Shown piece by piece: positions 1-17,338 of a DNA stretch of 64,000 bases (positions within the stretch are counted from its first letter, which is position 1; the number at the start of each line of letters is the position of its first letter). The position numbers were made by a program, and so were the translations under genes. The notes beneath the pieces were generated by a model. That model was not told the origin of the DNA. It searched no databases and worked only from the letters and a program-made list of their open reading frames with translations. This DNA comes from Eledone cirrhosa (taxonomy: Eukaryota): contig CAXHJY010000177.1 in the NCBI GenBank assembly GCA_964016885.1, positions 1 to 64,000 of the forward strand. Direction: 5' to 3'.

Positions 1-2252
<2,252 letters not shown>

Positions 2253-2572
2253 TGCATGGGTTTGGACGGGGGTTTTCCCACTTGAGGCAAGAGTGGTTGT
2301 CTTGCTCGCATAGGACTGTCTGGCGTGTTTTCTACAGTTGGATGCCCTTCCTAACACCAACCACATTTACAGTGTGGGGCTGGGAGGTTTTTACCGTGTT
2401 GCCTACACGGCCACATTTACAGTGTGGACTGTGTATTTTTTTGTCGTGACACCTACACGATCTCATTTGTTTCGGCCTGGATGTTGTGGGACCAACATAA
2501 CTGTACATTGAAAGGGGCGGTGTGGATGGGGTGGAGGTGGTGGGACGGGGGGGGGGGGTGTTTTGATAGAGA
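2253..2572 (-). mobile_element. RTE LINE 3'-UTR fragment (family of the 7030-9020 element)
   Basis: Reverse complement closely matches ~8655-8975 (e.g. GGATGCCCTTCCTAACACCAACCACATTTACAGTGTGGG). Flanked by TA repeat; the terminal (TGA)n tail is missing. Confidence 0.85.
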
Positions 2573-3028
2573 TATACTATATATATATATATACTATATA
2601 TATATATATATACTATATATATATATATATATACTATATATATATATTTATATATACTATATATATATATTTATATATACTATATATATATATATACTAT
2701 ATATATATATTTATATATACTATATATATATATTTATATATACTATATATATATATTTATATATACTATATATATATATTTATATATACTATATATATAT
2801 ATTTATATATACTATATATATATATTTATATACTATATATATATATACTATATATATATATACTATATATATATATATACTATATATATATATACTATAT
2901 ATATATATACTATATATATATATACTATATATATACTATATATATATATATATATATATATACTATATATATACTATATATATATATATATATATATATA
3001 CTATATAAACTATATATATATATACTAT
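2573..3028. repeat. Interrupted (TA)n, includes left TSD of RTE
   Basis: TAC-type TA repeat with TATTTA variants; 2975-3028 recurs at 6442-6495. Confidence 0.95.
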
Positions 3029-6000
3029 CATCATCATCACCGTTTTACGTCCGTTCTTCCACGCTAGCATGGGTTAGACGGGTTGTCCTGTTGTGGGCAG
3101 TGTTTGGTCGGCTGACCATGCCTTGCTCATACAGGAACTGATCTGGCTTGATTTCTACAGCTGGATGCCCTTCCTAACACCAACCTCATTTACAGTGAGT
3201 GCTGGGTGCTTTTTCGTGGCGCCTACACGTCCACTTTACAGTGTGGGCTGGGTGCTTTTTTGCCGTGGCACCTCCACGACCACCTTGCGGTGGGGGGGGG
3301 GGGGGCATATTGTTTATATGCTTCAGCATGTACCCATGGGAGGTCGGGTACCCTGTATTACTGCGTGACGCCAGAAGTCACGGTCGTGTGTCATTGACTT
3401 TGAGAGGTGTAGTTGGGTAAGGTCGGCTTTTATCACCTCATCCCAAGTCATCTTGGGTCTCCCCACTCCGCGGTTTCCATCAACTTCTAGTGCTCTGCAC
3501 CTTTTTATGCAGCTGTCATCCTTCATACGCATCACATGTCCATACCAGCGTAACCGCCTCTCCTGCACGCAGCATTTGATTCCTCTTATGCTCAGTCTCT
3601 CTCTCAATTCATTTATGCTTTGTCGTTCACGTATATTACTGTTACACATCCATCGGAGCATGCAGGCTTCGTTTCTCTCTAATCTACGTAAGTCTTCCAC
3701 CTTCAGCGCCCAGGTCTCACTACCATGCAACATCGCTGTTCGGATACACGCATCATACAGTCTGCCTTTCATTCTGAGGGAGAAGCCTTTTGCAGCTAGC
3801 AGTGGTAGTAGTTCCCTAAACTTCTTCCATCCCGTTCTTACCCTAGTTATTGTACTTTCTGAGCACCCACCTCCGTTGCTAATTCGGTCACCTAGGTAGC
3901 AGAAGCTGTCTACTGTTTCTACAGGGCCCTCCCAGAGATTGGTGGTACTTGTTTCCTGTGGCTGTTTGCTTGCTGTTTCAGCACAGCTGCTGCATGTGAA
4001 TCCTACATTCTTAATTAAGCTTCCTGAGATCCCGCTACATCTCTTGTGTACCCATTGTTTGCATTTGGGGCAAAGAATGGAGTTCCTACCTACACCTTTC
4101 CTACATACTGAGCAAGGCCATTTCCCTGAGGGGATCTGGGTTCTGTTTTCTCGTCTACTTATAAGGACCTTAGTCTTTGTCATGTTGACTTTGAGGCCCT
4201 TTCTCTCTAGTCCCTGCTTCCAGGTTTGGAATTTATTCTCTAGTTCTACCATAGATTCAGCTATGAGTGCGAGGTCATCAGCATACAGGAGTTCCCATGG
4301 GCATCCGGTCTTAAACTCCTCCGTTATTGCCTGCAGGACTATGATGAACAGGAGAGGGCTAAGAACAGAGCCCTGGTGGACCCCAACCTGTACGCTAAAT
4401 TCCTCGCTATACTCATTGCCAATCCTAACTTTGCTGACTGCTCCCCTATACATGGCTTGTACCGCTTTCACAAGCCATTCATCTACTCCTAGTTTTCTAA
4501 GAGCCCACCAGATTACTGCACGTGGAACTCTGTCAAAGGCTTTCTCAAGGTCGACAAATGCCAAGTAGAGTGGCTTACTTTTAGCTAGGTACTTTTCCTG
4601 TAATTGCCTCACAAGGAAGAGCGCATCAGTGGTGCCTTTCCCTGGAACAAACCCAAATTGCATCTCGTCTATATTCACCCGGTCCCTAATCAGCTGTGCT
4701 ATAACTCTTTCTGTTACTTTCATGACCTGGTCCATCAACTTTATACCTCTATAGTTTCCTCTATCTAGTGCATCGCCTTTACCTTTGTAGCAGTTGACAA
4801 TGATGCTACTGCACCAATCTTTTGGTATGGCCCCCTCTAGTATTACCTGGTTAACGATACGTGTGGTTATAGTGTGACCTACAGACCCAGATGCCTTCAG
4901 CATCTCGGCAGCTATACCCGATGGACCGGTTGCCTTCCCTATCTTCATATCTCTGATTGCCTTACTTACTACGCTGCCGCTGACTTGTACTGCTGGTCCC
5001 TCTATAGGGTCTACGTGGGGTAGGGTCTCTTCTTCCCATGCATTCTCCTCATTTAGTAATCTATCATAATGACTCTTCCATGCATCTTTCTTCTCAGCAC
5101 TTGTGAGGGCAAGCTCACCTTTATCATTCCGGATACACTTCTCTCCAATGACATCACAACTATCTCTGACACACTGCCTCGCAATCTTGAATACCTCCTG
5201 TTTCTGGTCCTCACGTTGTAAAACATGCTTGAATTTTCTATCCTCTGCTTCCCTCCTAGCTAAGTATACTTGTCGCCTAGCTTCCCTCTTGGTCTCTATG
5301 TAATGTACCCTGCTCCCCCCGTTCTTCCATTCTTTCCATGCCTGTCTCTTGGCCTTGACTGCTTCATCTACCTTATTGTTCCACCACCAAGTCACTCTCC
5401 TCCTGCTTGAGGTCTTACTCCAGCCACAAACCTCATCCGTCGCCTCTAGTAAGTTATTTTTTAGGAACTCCCAGTTCTCTTCTACGTTAAATGTCTCTAT
5501 CTGTTCTTCTTTACTGTCGTAGGCGTTGAGTAAAATATCTTTAAATCTGTTACTGGTTGAGGGGACTTTCAGCTTCCAGATCTTTCTTCTCCAGGTTGGC
5601 CTCTGTTTCAGGGCTCGTCTAGTTCTGACCGTGAGGTCGCTGACAACTAAGCTATGTTGGGATGTACATTCCTCACTAGGGAAGGCTTTTGTGTTTACGA
5701 CCGTCCATCTGTCACGTCCTCTGATGAGGATAAAATCTAACTGACTAGAGTGCTCCCCTGATCTATAGGTGATCAGGTGGTTGTCGGGTTTTTTAAAGTT
5801 TGTGTTACATATCGACATGTCATTGGCGTCGCAGAATTCTAGAAGTCTGAATCCTTCCTCATTCCTTGTGCCAACTCCATGGCCTCCATGTACTCTATTG
5901 AAGCCGTCGCAGTGTTTACCTACGTGTCCGTTAAAATCTCCTGCAATGATTAGGAAGTCCTTGTCGTCTGTTAGAGCAGTAGTGTGTATTAGGGACTCGT

Positions 6001-6441
6001 AAAACCTATCCTTAAGTTCGTCTGGCAGCCCCGATTGGGGTGCGTAAGCTGATATTATTGTGGTAATTGTCTTATTCAGGACTAGTCTGAGTTTAATGAT
6101 TCTTGCATTTACCCTGTACACTGAGATTACTTTATCTACCCACTTGTCAGCTAATAGTATACCTACACCACCCATCCCATCGTCATTTCCCACCCAGAAA
6201 AATTTGTAGCACTGGCTTTTTCCTACAAGGACTCTAGCAGACCCTCCTCTCCATCTAGTCTCTTGCACACAGCATACATCAACTTCCTTTCGCTCTAGCA
6301 TTTCTACGATTTCTCCTGCTCTTCCTTTCATTGAGCCTACATTGATGGTACCAACTCGGAGTTTTGGGCATTTGTCGACACTCGTAGGGGAGGGTCTCTG
6401 GGTTGGCGCTTCACGTGGGTGCTTGGTAGCTCGCAGATTCA
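3029..6441 (-). mobile_element. RTE-clade non-LTR retrotransposon with intact ORF (family A)
   Basis: Single APE-RT ORF, ~290-bp 3' UTR ending GGACGTAAAACGG(TGA)n, ~54-bp TSD in TA satellite. Confidence 0.95.
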
Positions 6442-6442
6442 T
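3323..6442 (-). CDS. RTE LINE ORF: AP endonuclease + reverse transcriptase with inserted C4HC3 (PHD-like) finger, 1039 aa
   Basis: APE motifs TINVGS, CVQETRW, AYAPQ, GDFNGH, QLDFIL; RT motifs NYRGIKL, QFGFVPG, FVDLEKAFD, GVHQGSVLSPLLF, YADD; RTE-type C-terminus RLRWYGHVMR...GRPKMTW. No stops. Confidence 0.95.
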   Translation of the reverse strand: MNLRATKHPREAPTQRPSPTSVDKCPKLRVGTINVGSMKGRAGEIVEMLERKEVDVCCVQETRWRGGSARVLVGKSQCYKFFWVGNDDGMGGVGILLADKWVDKVISVYRVNARIIKLRLVLNKTITTIISAYAPQSGLPDELKDRFYESLIHTTALTDDKDFLIIAGDFNGHVGKHCDGFNRVHGGHGVGTRNEEGFRLLEFCDANDMSICNTNFKKPDNHLITYRSGEHSSQLDFILIRGRDRWTVVNTKAFPSEECTSQHSLVVSDLTVRTRRALKQRPTWRRKIWKLKVPSTSNRFKDILLNAYDSKEEQIETFNVEENWEFLKNNLLEATDEVCGWSKTSSRRRVTWWWNNKVDEAVKAKRQAWKEWKNGGSRVHYIETKREARRQVYLARREAEDRKFKHVLQREDQKQEVFKIARQCVRDSCDVIGEKCIRNDKGELALTSAEKKDAWKSHYDRLLNEENAWEEETLPHVDPIEGPAVQVSGSVVSKAIRDMKIGKATGPSGIAAEMLKASGSVGHTITTRIVNQVILEGAIPKDWCSSIIVNCYKGKGDALDRGNYRGIKLMDQVMKVTERVIAQLIRDRVNIDEMQFGFVPGKGTTDALFLVRQLQEKYLAKSKPLYLAFVDLEKAFDRVPRAVIWWALRKLGVDEWLVKAVQAMYRGAVSKVRIGNEYSEEFSVQVGVHQGSVLSPLLFIIVLQAITEEFKTGCPWELLYADDLALIAESMVELENKFQTWKQGLERKGLKVNMTKTKVLISRRENRTQIPSGKWPCSVCRKGVGRNSILCPKCKQWVHKRCSGISGSLIKNVGFTCSSCAETASKQPQETSTTNLWEGPVETVDSFCYLGDRISNGGGCSESTITRVRTGWKKFRELLPLLAAKGFSLRMKGRLYDACIRTAMLHGSETWALKVEDLRRLERNEACMLRWMCNSNIRERQSINELRERLSIRGIKCCVQERRLRWYGHVMRMKDDSCIKRCRALEVDGNRGVGRPKMTWDEVIKADLTQLHLSKSMTHDRDFWRHAVIQGTRPPMGTC

Positions 6443-6590
6443 ATATATATATATATATATATATATACTATATAAACTATATATATATATACTATATATA
6501 TATATACTATATATATATATATACTATATATATATATACTATATATATATATACTATATATATATATATACTATATATATACTATATATA

Positions 6591-6621
<31 letters not shown>

Positions 6622-6890
6622 CTATATATATATATATACTATATATACTATATATATATATATACTATATATATATATATATATACTATATATATATATA
6701 CTATATATATATATACTATATATATATATACTATATATATATATACTATATATATATATATACTATATATATATATATACTATATATATATATATATACT
6801 ATATATATATATACTATATATATATATACTATATATATATATACTATATATATATATATATACTATATATATATATATATACTATATATA

Positions 6891-6946
<56 letters not shown>

Positions 6947-6981
6947 TATATATATATATATATACTATATATATATATATA

Positions 6982-7029
<48 letters not shown>
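6442..7029. repeat. Interrupted (TA)n between two head-to-head RTE elements
   Basis: TAC-type TA repeat. Confidence 0.95.
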
Positions 7030-9020
7030 TTCGGAAATAGTTGCTGAGATGCTGAAGGCATCTGGCACGGTGGGACACACCATGGTCACCCGCATAGTTA
7101 ACCAAGTCGTACAGAATGGGGTTGTTCCGAAGGACTGGCATAGCAGCATCATCGTTAACTGTTATAAGGGTAAAGGAGACGCCCTAGATAGGAGTAACTA
7201 TAGAGGCATTAAATTAATTGACCAGGTCATGAAGGTCACGGAAAAAGTAATAGCGCAACTAATCAGAGAGAGAATTGACCTAGATGAAATGCAGTTCGGG
7301 TTTGTGTCAGGCAAAAGTACCACAGACGCTCTTTTCATAGTACGACAACTACAGGAGAAGTACCTAGCTAAAGGTAAACCCCTCTACTTAGCTTTTGTCG
7401 ACTTGGAGAAAGCCTTCGACAGAGTCCCCCGCTCCATTATCTGGTGGGCTCTTAGAAAACTAGGCGTTGACGAATGGCTTGTGAGGGCTATACAAGCCAT
7501 GTATAAAGAAACAGTCAGCAAGGTTAGAATTAACAACGAATATAGTGAAGAGTTTAGCGTAAAAGTTGGCGTCCATCAGGGCTCTGTTCTCAGCCCACTA
7601 CTATTTATTATTGCCCTTCAGGCTATAACAGAGGAGTTCAAGACAGGCTGCCCATGGGAACTCCTATACGCAGACGACCTGACACTCATAGCGGAATCAA
7701 TGGCCGAGCTAGAGAAGAAATTCCAAACATGGAAGCACGGCCTAGAGTCAAAAGGACTTAAAATTAACCTGGCTAAGACCAAAGTACTAGTTTGTAGGAA
7801 AGAAAACAAGGCGGCGGTCCCTTCTGGGAAATGGTCGTGCTCGGTGTGTAGGAAAGGCGTAGGTAGAAACTCCATTTTATGTCCTAAATGCAAAGTATGG
7901 GTGCATAAAAGATGTAGTGGGATCACAGGTAAGCTAACTAAGAACATAGATTTTACATGTGGCCGGTGCTCTGGTGCAATAAGTAGCAGCTAGTGCCCAC
8001 AAACTACTAGCTCCTTCAATTGCGCAGAGGGTTCTATAGAAATAGTGGACAGCTTCCGTTACCTGGGCGATAAAATCAGCAGTGGGGGAGGGTGCGCTGA
8101 AAGTACTGTAGCTAGAGTCAGAACTGGTTGGAAAAAGTTCAGAGAGCTTATACCACTATTAGCTGCTAAAGGGTTCTCACTAAAAATGAAAGGCAGGTTG
8201 TACGATGCCTGCATACGAACAGCAATGCTGCATGGCAGTGAGACCTGGGCATTGTGTGCAGAGGATATACGCAGACTAGAGAGGAACGAAGCTTGCATGC
8301 TCCGCTGGATGTGTAACAGTAATATACGTGAACGGCAAAGCATAAACGAACTAAGGAAAAAATTAGAGATAAGAGGGATCAGATGTTGTTTACTCGAGAG
8401 AAGGCTACGTTGGTATGGACACGTGATGCGCATGAAAGTCGATAGCTGTATAACAAAGTGCAGGGCAATAAAGATAGACGGTAGTCACGGAATAGGCAGA
8501 CCTAGAAAAACCTGGGACGAGCTGATAAACTCCGACATCACACACTTACACCTCTCCAAGACAATGTCACTGGACCGAGACCTTTGGCGGTACTCAGTAA
8601 CAGAGAAGACCCGCCTTACCTAAATATATAGTAAAACCTACTCCAGCCAGTAGGCATCTCTAACAAAATACACCCCGTCCCACCACCACCACCCCCACCC
8701 CATCCACACCACCCCGTTCTATGTAAAGTTATGTTGGTGCCGCGCCATCGAGGCCGAAACAAATGAGATCGTGTAGGTGTCACGACAAAAAAACACACAG
8801 TCCACGCTGTAATGTGGCCGTGTAGGCAACACGGTAAAAACCTCCCAGACCCACACTGTAAATGTGGTTGGTGTTAGGAAGGGCATCCAACTGTAGAAAA
8901 CCTGCCAGACAGTCCTATGCGAGCAAGACAATCACTCTTGCCTCAAGTGGGACTACCCCCGTCCAAACCCATGCAAGCGTGGAACACGGACGTTAAACGT
9001 TGATGATGATGATGATGATG
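7030..9020 (+). mobile_element. 5'-truncated RTE LINE (family B), one in-frame nonsense codon
   Basis: ORFs 7049-7993 and 8045-8623 share a frame and are separated by TAG at 7991-7993 (the related copy at ~51813 reads AAG). RT motifs, YADD, same Cys/His finger, 3' UTR and (TGA)n tail at ~9001-9020. Confidence 0.93.
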
Positions 9021-12627
<3,607 letters not shown>

Positions 12628-12720
12628 GATAAGGGGCATTACTCTTAGGATGTGAAATAGTTTTACTTGTTCCTTTCAAACTGAATGAATGAAGGAAGGT
12701 TTATCTTTAAATAAATATAA

Positions 12721-12940
12721 ATGTGTGTGTGTATTTGTGTGTCTGTGTGTGTGTGTGTGTATTTGTGTCTCTGTGTATGTATTTGTATGTCTGTGAATGT
12801 TTTTGTATGTGTGTGTCTGAATGTTTGTGTGTGTCTGTGTATGTATTTATGTGTCTGTATGTATTTGCATGTGTGTGTTTGTGTATGTGTCTATTTGTAT
12901 GTGTGTATGTTTACATGTGTATATTTTTGTGTGTATGTAC
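12721..12940. repeat. Degenerate (TG)n/(TGTA)n low-complexity tract
   Basis: Direct reading of the sequence. Confidence 0.9.
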
Positions 12941-13820
12941 ACTGAGATACACACCTGGTGGTATGGTATGTAAGCAGGACATTGACTGCCCTTCATTGGG
13001 TAATCCTGGATGTGCAGATCTGATTGGTGCATTATATGACCTAGCTTAAGAGGATTTTGGCTAATTCTTAGTATTTAAATGTGGCATGTAGTGTGTAGTG
13101 TGTTAGATGGATGCATGTATATGTCTATACCTTTTTTACATATGCATGCATGGCAGATATGTCTGTGTTCATTGAAACCTGTTTGTCTATACATGTATAA
13201 ATGTGTTTTTATATAATTGTTGCTGTGAATCATCAGAACAGTGACTATTGGTTAGAGATGAAATGAGGAAGGGAGTAGTAGTGTGGACCAGGAAGCTCAT
13301 CATCATATGTCCATTTTCCCTGCTAGCAAGCATCGTTTGGTTTGTTACAGACCAGTTTAGTTCTTGGTCGAGGCTACTGACTTCTCAGATAGTTCAGGGG
13401 CTGCATTTCCTTTATGCGCGTGTCCATATTCCACAGAGTGTACGGAGAGTGTTTTATTGTGTCACCAACACCAGAGAGGTTGTGTTGACCTTGACACAAC
13501 TGAAGTTCTCTTAACCCTTTGTTTGGCAAGTTTTCTACAGGTGGATGCTTTTCCTGTCACCAACGACTTCAGAGTGTACAGGGTGTACTTTATTGTGTCA
13601 CCACCACCAGAGAGGTTGTGGTGCCCTTGACACAACTGTGCATAGCTTCTGTGGATAGATGCCCTTCCTATCACCAACTGCTTTTTAAGTATGTATTGAG
13701 TACTTTTATCTAAGAATAAAAATAACACCACCACTACTACTACTGCTGCTGCCACTACCACACTCTGTAACATTGAAACCTCTCAGTGGCCTTAATCCTC
13801 AGCTGCATTTGGCTGGTCTA

Positions 13821-14022
13821 TTAACTCTTAACATTCTGTAATGATTTAGCAGAAAACATTTTAAAATGGGTTTCTCATTTCAACTGTTTATAGTATTTTT
13901 ACTAGTATGGAGATCATTGTGAAAATTTGCAGTATTAGAGTAAAGATTTTAATTTTTAACATGTAGTAGTGTTTTGTTCTTTTCAAGAAAGTCTGGCTAA
14001 GGTACAGGACATTAAGAGTTAA
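13821..14022. mobile_element. TTAA-flanked MITE family 1 (TTAACTCTTAAC...TTAAGAGTTAA)
   Basis: Terminal inverted repeats with TTAA ends; related copies at 24326-24552, 32746-33640 and 57765-58673. Confidence 0.75.
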
Positions 14023-14099
14023 AGAAGGTATGGTGGAAACTGGGATACTCATCAGTAATGAAAACTGGGAGTGAAGAGGAGGAAGAAAATTGTTACTGG

Positions 14100-14500
14100 A
14101 GGTAGTATTAAGGATAGTGATGATAGTGGTAGTGGGAGGAGAGGAGGGGCAGTGGTGTGTTAAGGGATTGTATTAAGGATAGTGGTAATGGTAGGGATGG
14201 AGATGGTGGGGAGTAGGGGTGAAAGGTGCGGCGGCAGTGGTGTGGTAAAGGATGGTATTAAGGATAGTGATGGTGGGGAGTGGGGGTGAAGAGGGTGGTG
14301 GCAGTGGTGTTTTAAAGGATTGTATTAAGGGTAGTGATGATGATGGGGATGTTGGTGTGTTAAGGGGTTGTAATAAGGATAGTGATGATGATGGTTGTGG
14401 TGTGTTAAGGGATTGTAATAAGGATAGTGATGATGGTGGTGGAGGTGTGTTAAGGGATAGTATTAAGGATGGTTGTGGCAGTGGTGTGTTAATAAAGATA
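14100..14500. repeat. Degenerate ~45-50 bp GT-rich tandem repeat
   Basis: Recurring GTGTTAAGGGATTGTAATAAGGATAGTGATGATGG unit. Confidence 0.75.
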
Positions 14501-14968
14501 ATGTTTATGTCAAGAATAATGGTTTCTGATTTAGGCACAAGGCCAACAATTTTTAGGGAGGAGTAAGTTGATTAAATCGACCACAGTGTATTACTGGTAC
14601 TTTATTTTATCAAGCTCGAAAAGATGAAAAGCAAAGCTAACTTGGGTGGGATTTGAGCTCTAACAACAGACTAGGGCTTCCATCAGCATGACTACAGTCT
14701 GTGTGCAGCTCTGCATGACTACAGTCTAACGTGTGCAGCTCTGCATGACTGCAGTCTAATGACGGAAACCAATAAAGTAATTATAAAATATAATAGAAAA
14801 TTGTATTGCGAAGATCTGGTGCATCTGAAAATGTTTAAGATTGGCATCATTATGATGATAGTAACTAAAATAGTGATGATATGGTGGTTACATGGTAATA
14901 GGGTAGATATATATGGTGATAATATTGTTAGAAATTATATTGTTAAAGATAGTTCTTGTTCATTTCAG

Positions 14969-15044
14969 TCAGCCCTCTTGGAGTTGTTCCCACAGGAAGG
15001 TGGTTTAATAAACCCTGAAGAACGAACATTACCCTTACTGCCAG
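14969..15044 (+). CDS. SH3PXD2: SH3PXD2/Tks-like gene, PX-domain exon (first exon found in window)
   Basis: ttcag|...|gtaaag, 76 bp; SALLELFPQEGGLINPEERTLPLLP(G) resembles Tks5 [26 protein letters not shown]. Confidence 0.88.
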
Positions 15045-15569
15045 GTAAAGTATTGTTGTTCTTACTGTTCCCACCTACACAGGTTTAACTGGCCTCCTAT
15101 GAGGTTGTGTCTCGTAGGAGGTTTGTTGGGCGGTTAATTACAGGGACCCCAGTCTGCTGCAAGAGTTTACCCTACTTCTGCTGCTTGTAATCGTTTTTTC
15201 AACTGTGTGAATGAAAGCAACATGAAATGAAGTGTCTTGCCTAAGGTCACAACACATTGCCCAGTCCAGGAATCAAACATGTGACCTTAACTGGGAGTCC
15301 AACACCCTAACCCCCAGGCCAGGTAAGAAACTACCTCTTGTATAAAGATGATTTGAAGCTGTAAATTTCAAAATAAACACAACAAATAGACCTCACTTGA
15401 GTTATATGGTAAATGCTTTTTTTATTGTTTTTATATTTATATTTAAATTATGTTGTTGGATAAAAGTGTAAGATTTAACTTGGGAATTATCAATAACACT
15501 TAATTACTGTCCTACTTATTTTGATGATAAAAAAAATAACATTCCTTAATTTTATCAACATTTTGATAT

Positions 15570-16030
15570 AATAATTTCTGATTTAGGCACAAGGCCAACA
15601 ATTTTTTTTTTGTGGGGGGATAGTTGATTAAATCAACCTCAGTGCATTATTGGTACTTTATTTTATTGACCCTGTAGGGATGAAAGGCAAAGCTAACCAT
15701 GATAGGATTTGAACTCAGAACGTCAAGGGCTGTATCTATATGCCACAAAACTTGTTGTCTGATGCTCTGCCAGTTCTGCCTATCCACCACCATGATCATT
15801 CTTATATAATGGTTTCTGATTTGGGCACAAGGCCAACAATTTTGAGGGAGGTGAAAGTTGATTAAAATGACTCCAGTGCGATACTGGTATTTTATTTTAT
15901 CAAACCCCTTAAGGATTAAAAGCAAAGATAACCTTGCCAAGATTTGAACTCAGAACATAAAGGACTGCAACTATATATTACAAAGCATGTTGTCCAACGC
16001 TCTACCGGTTTCTGCCAATCCATCACCCTG
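15570..16030 (-). mobile_element. Two tandem Meta-domain-like tRNA SINEs
   Basis: - strand shows B box GAGTTCAAATC, GCCTTTCATCC...AAAATAAAGTACCA core and tail GGCCTTGTGCCTAAATCAGAAA(TTA)n. Confidence 0.8.
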
Positions 16031-16579
16031 ATCATTCTTATATAATGAAGACAATTCTATATACTGCAACTCTTAAACTCTCAACCATGTGTAACTAAGA
16101 AAATGGGATATTGTAAGTTACTTGTTATAAAATTATATTACTAACCACCATGTTAATATTGATTAGGCCATGGCTGTAAAAAAATATTAAAAACATCCAT
16201 GTATTTCTTTATTGTTAATCAGTCAATAACATATCTTGTCACTAGCACTGTGACATGTTTATGTCCCAGCCCAGCCCACCTAGCTATAAGTAATTATCAC
16301 AGCATGAAATAGGTCACGACTATATGTATCAATAACTGATAAATTGTTTTTTTGTTTTGTTTTTTAGCTTAGAGTTTGGTGTCCTTTTCTGTAGCTACCT
16401 GACAACTCAAACTTTTTATATTTCACTCTAATTATTGAAGATCCCATTTGTTCACAATCCATTTGAATGTGAAAACATAACATTTGAGGGAGCCTCAATA
16501 TTATCATTTGACCTACTAAAAACCACATCCAAATCTTTCATTAAATCACATAATACATTGATTAAAATCATCTAAAATA

Positions 16580-16884
16580 CAGGTATACCTCGGTTTACGT
16601 TGTTTCAAGTTTTACCATTTTCAAAGTTATGGCGGTTTTTCTTAATATATGGCAGAAATAAACCCTGTGTTGTGGCAATTGACTCGACTTTACATCAGTC
16701 TGCAAAAAAATTAAACAATAAAAACATAAAATTACATTTAAATAAATGCTAAAATATACTGTATAAAGTAATGTAGAGAATGCCTATTAGCGGTTTATAG
16801 GAGTGTTTAACTCAACATTCATTGTTTGTCAACTTAAGTCATGACTTCTGGAACCAATTAACAACGTAGGGTGAGATATACCTA
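16580..16884. mobile_element. Tigger/pogo-like (Tc1-mariner) MITE
   Basis: TA|CAGGTATACCTCGGTTTACGTTGTT ... AACAACGTAGGGTGAGATATACCTA|TA, imperfect TIRs with TA TSD. Confidence 0.7.
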
Positions 16885-17123
16885 TACATTGTTTTTTGTT
16901 TGATTTTTTTAAAGGTAGGATAATTTTTGGTAGAATGTTTGATCATGTGACTGTCTTTTGGTCAAGGTTGATCTGGAACTAAGCAATAACAAAGTGAGAT
17001 TTTGTGGGACATAGGAAATTTTAACATTCATTACCTTTCCAAAAAGCATTAGCCATGTAACTGAAATGGTAAGACTTCAGTTAAAGATTAAAACTGTTGA
17101 CTTACCTCACTGCAGAGTTTATT

Positions 17124-17338
17124 TTAACCCTTTAGCATTTACATTATTCTATATTTACTATTGTATTTTCACAGTAAAGGCTTTATTTCGCATAATTATC
17201 TCACATAATATCAAAGTTATGAGATTTTGATATTTATTTTGAGAACAATACCTTAACATCAGTATGAGCGGCCGGTTACAGCTGGTTTGAACCAGAGAAT
17301 TCTGGCCAGATATGGCCGATTTAAATGCTATAGGGTTA
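17124..17338. mobile_element. piggyBac-like MITE family 2 (TTAA-CCCTTT termini)
   Basis: TTAACCCTTTAGCATTTA ... TAAATGCTATAGGGTTA; inverted relative to the copy at 26774-27002. Confidence 0.75.

Noticed and set aside
3453-6002. + strand ORFs overlapping the RTE (also 7618-8433 and 41994-43127)
   Set aside because: Antisense shadows of the RT frame with no independent motifs.
14173-14566. Gly/Asp-rich and Pro-rich repeat ORFs
   Set aside because: Degenerate tandem repeat in an intron; no convincing splice sites linking it to the gene.
12630-14960. Missing first exons of the PX domain
   Set aside because: No splice-bounded frame resembling the PX N-terminus (YRRYSxFF motif) was found; presumed upstream of the window.
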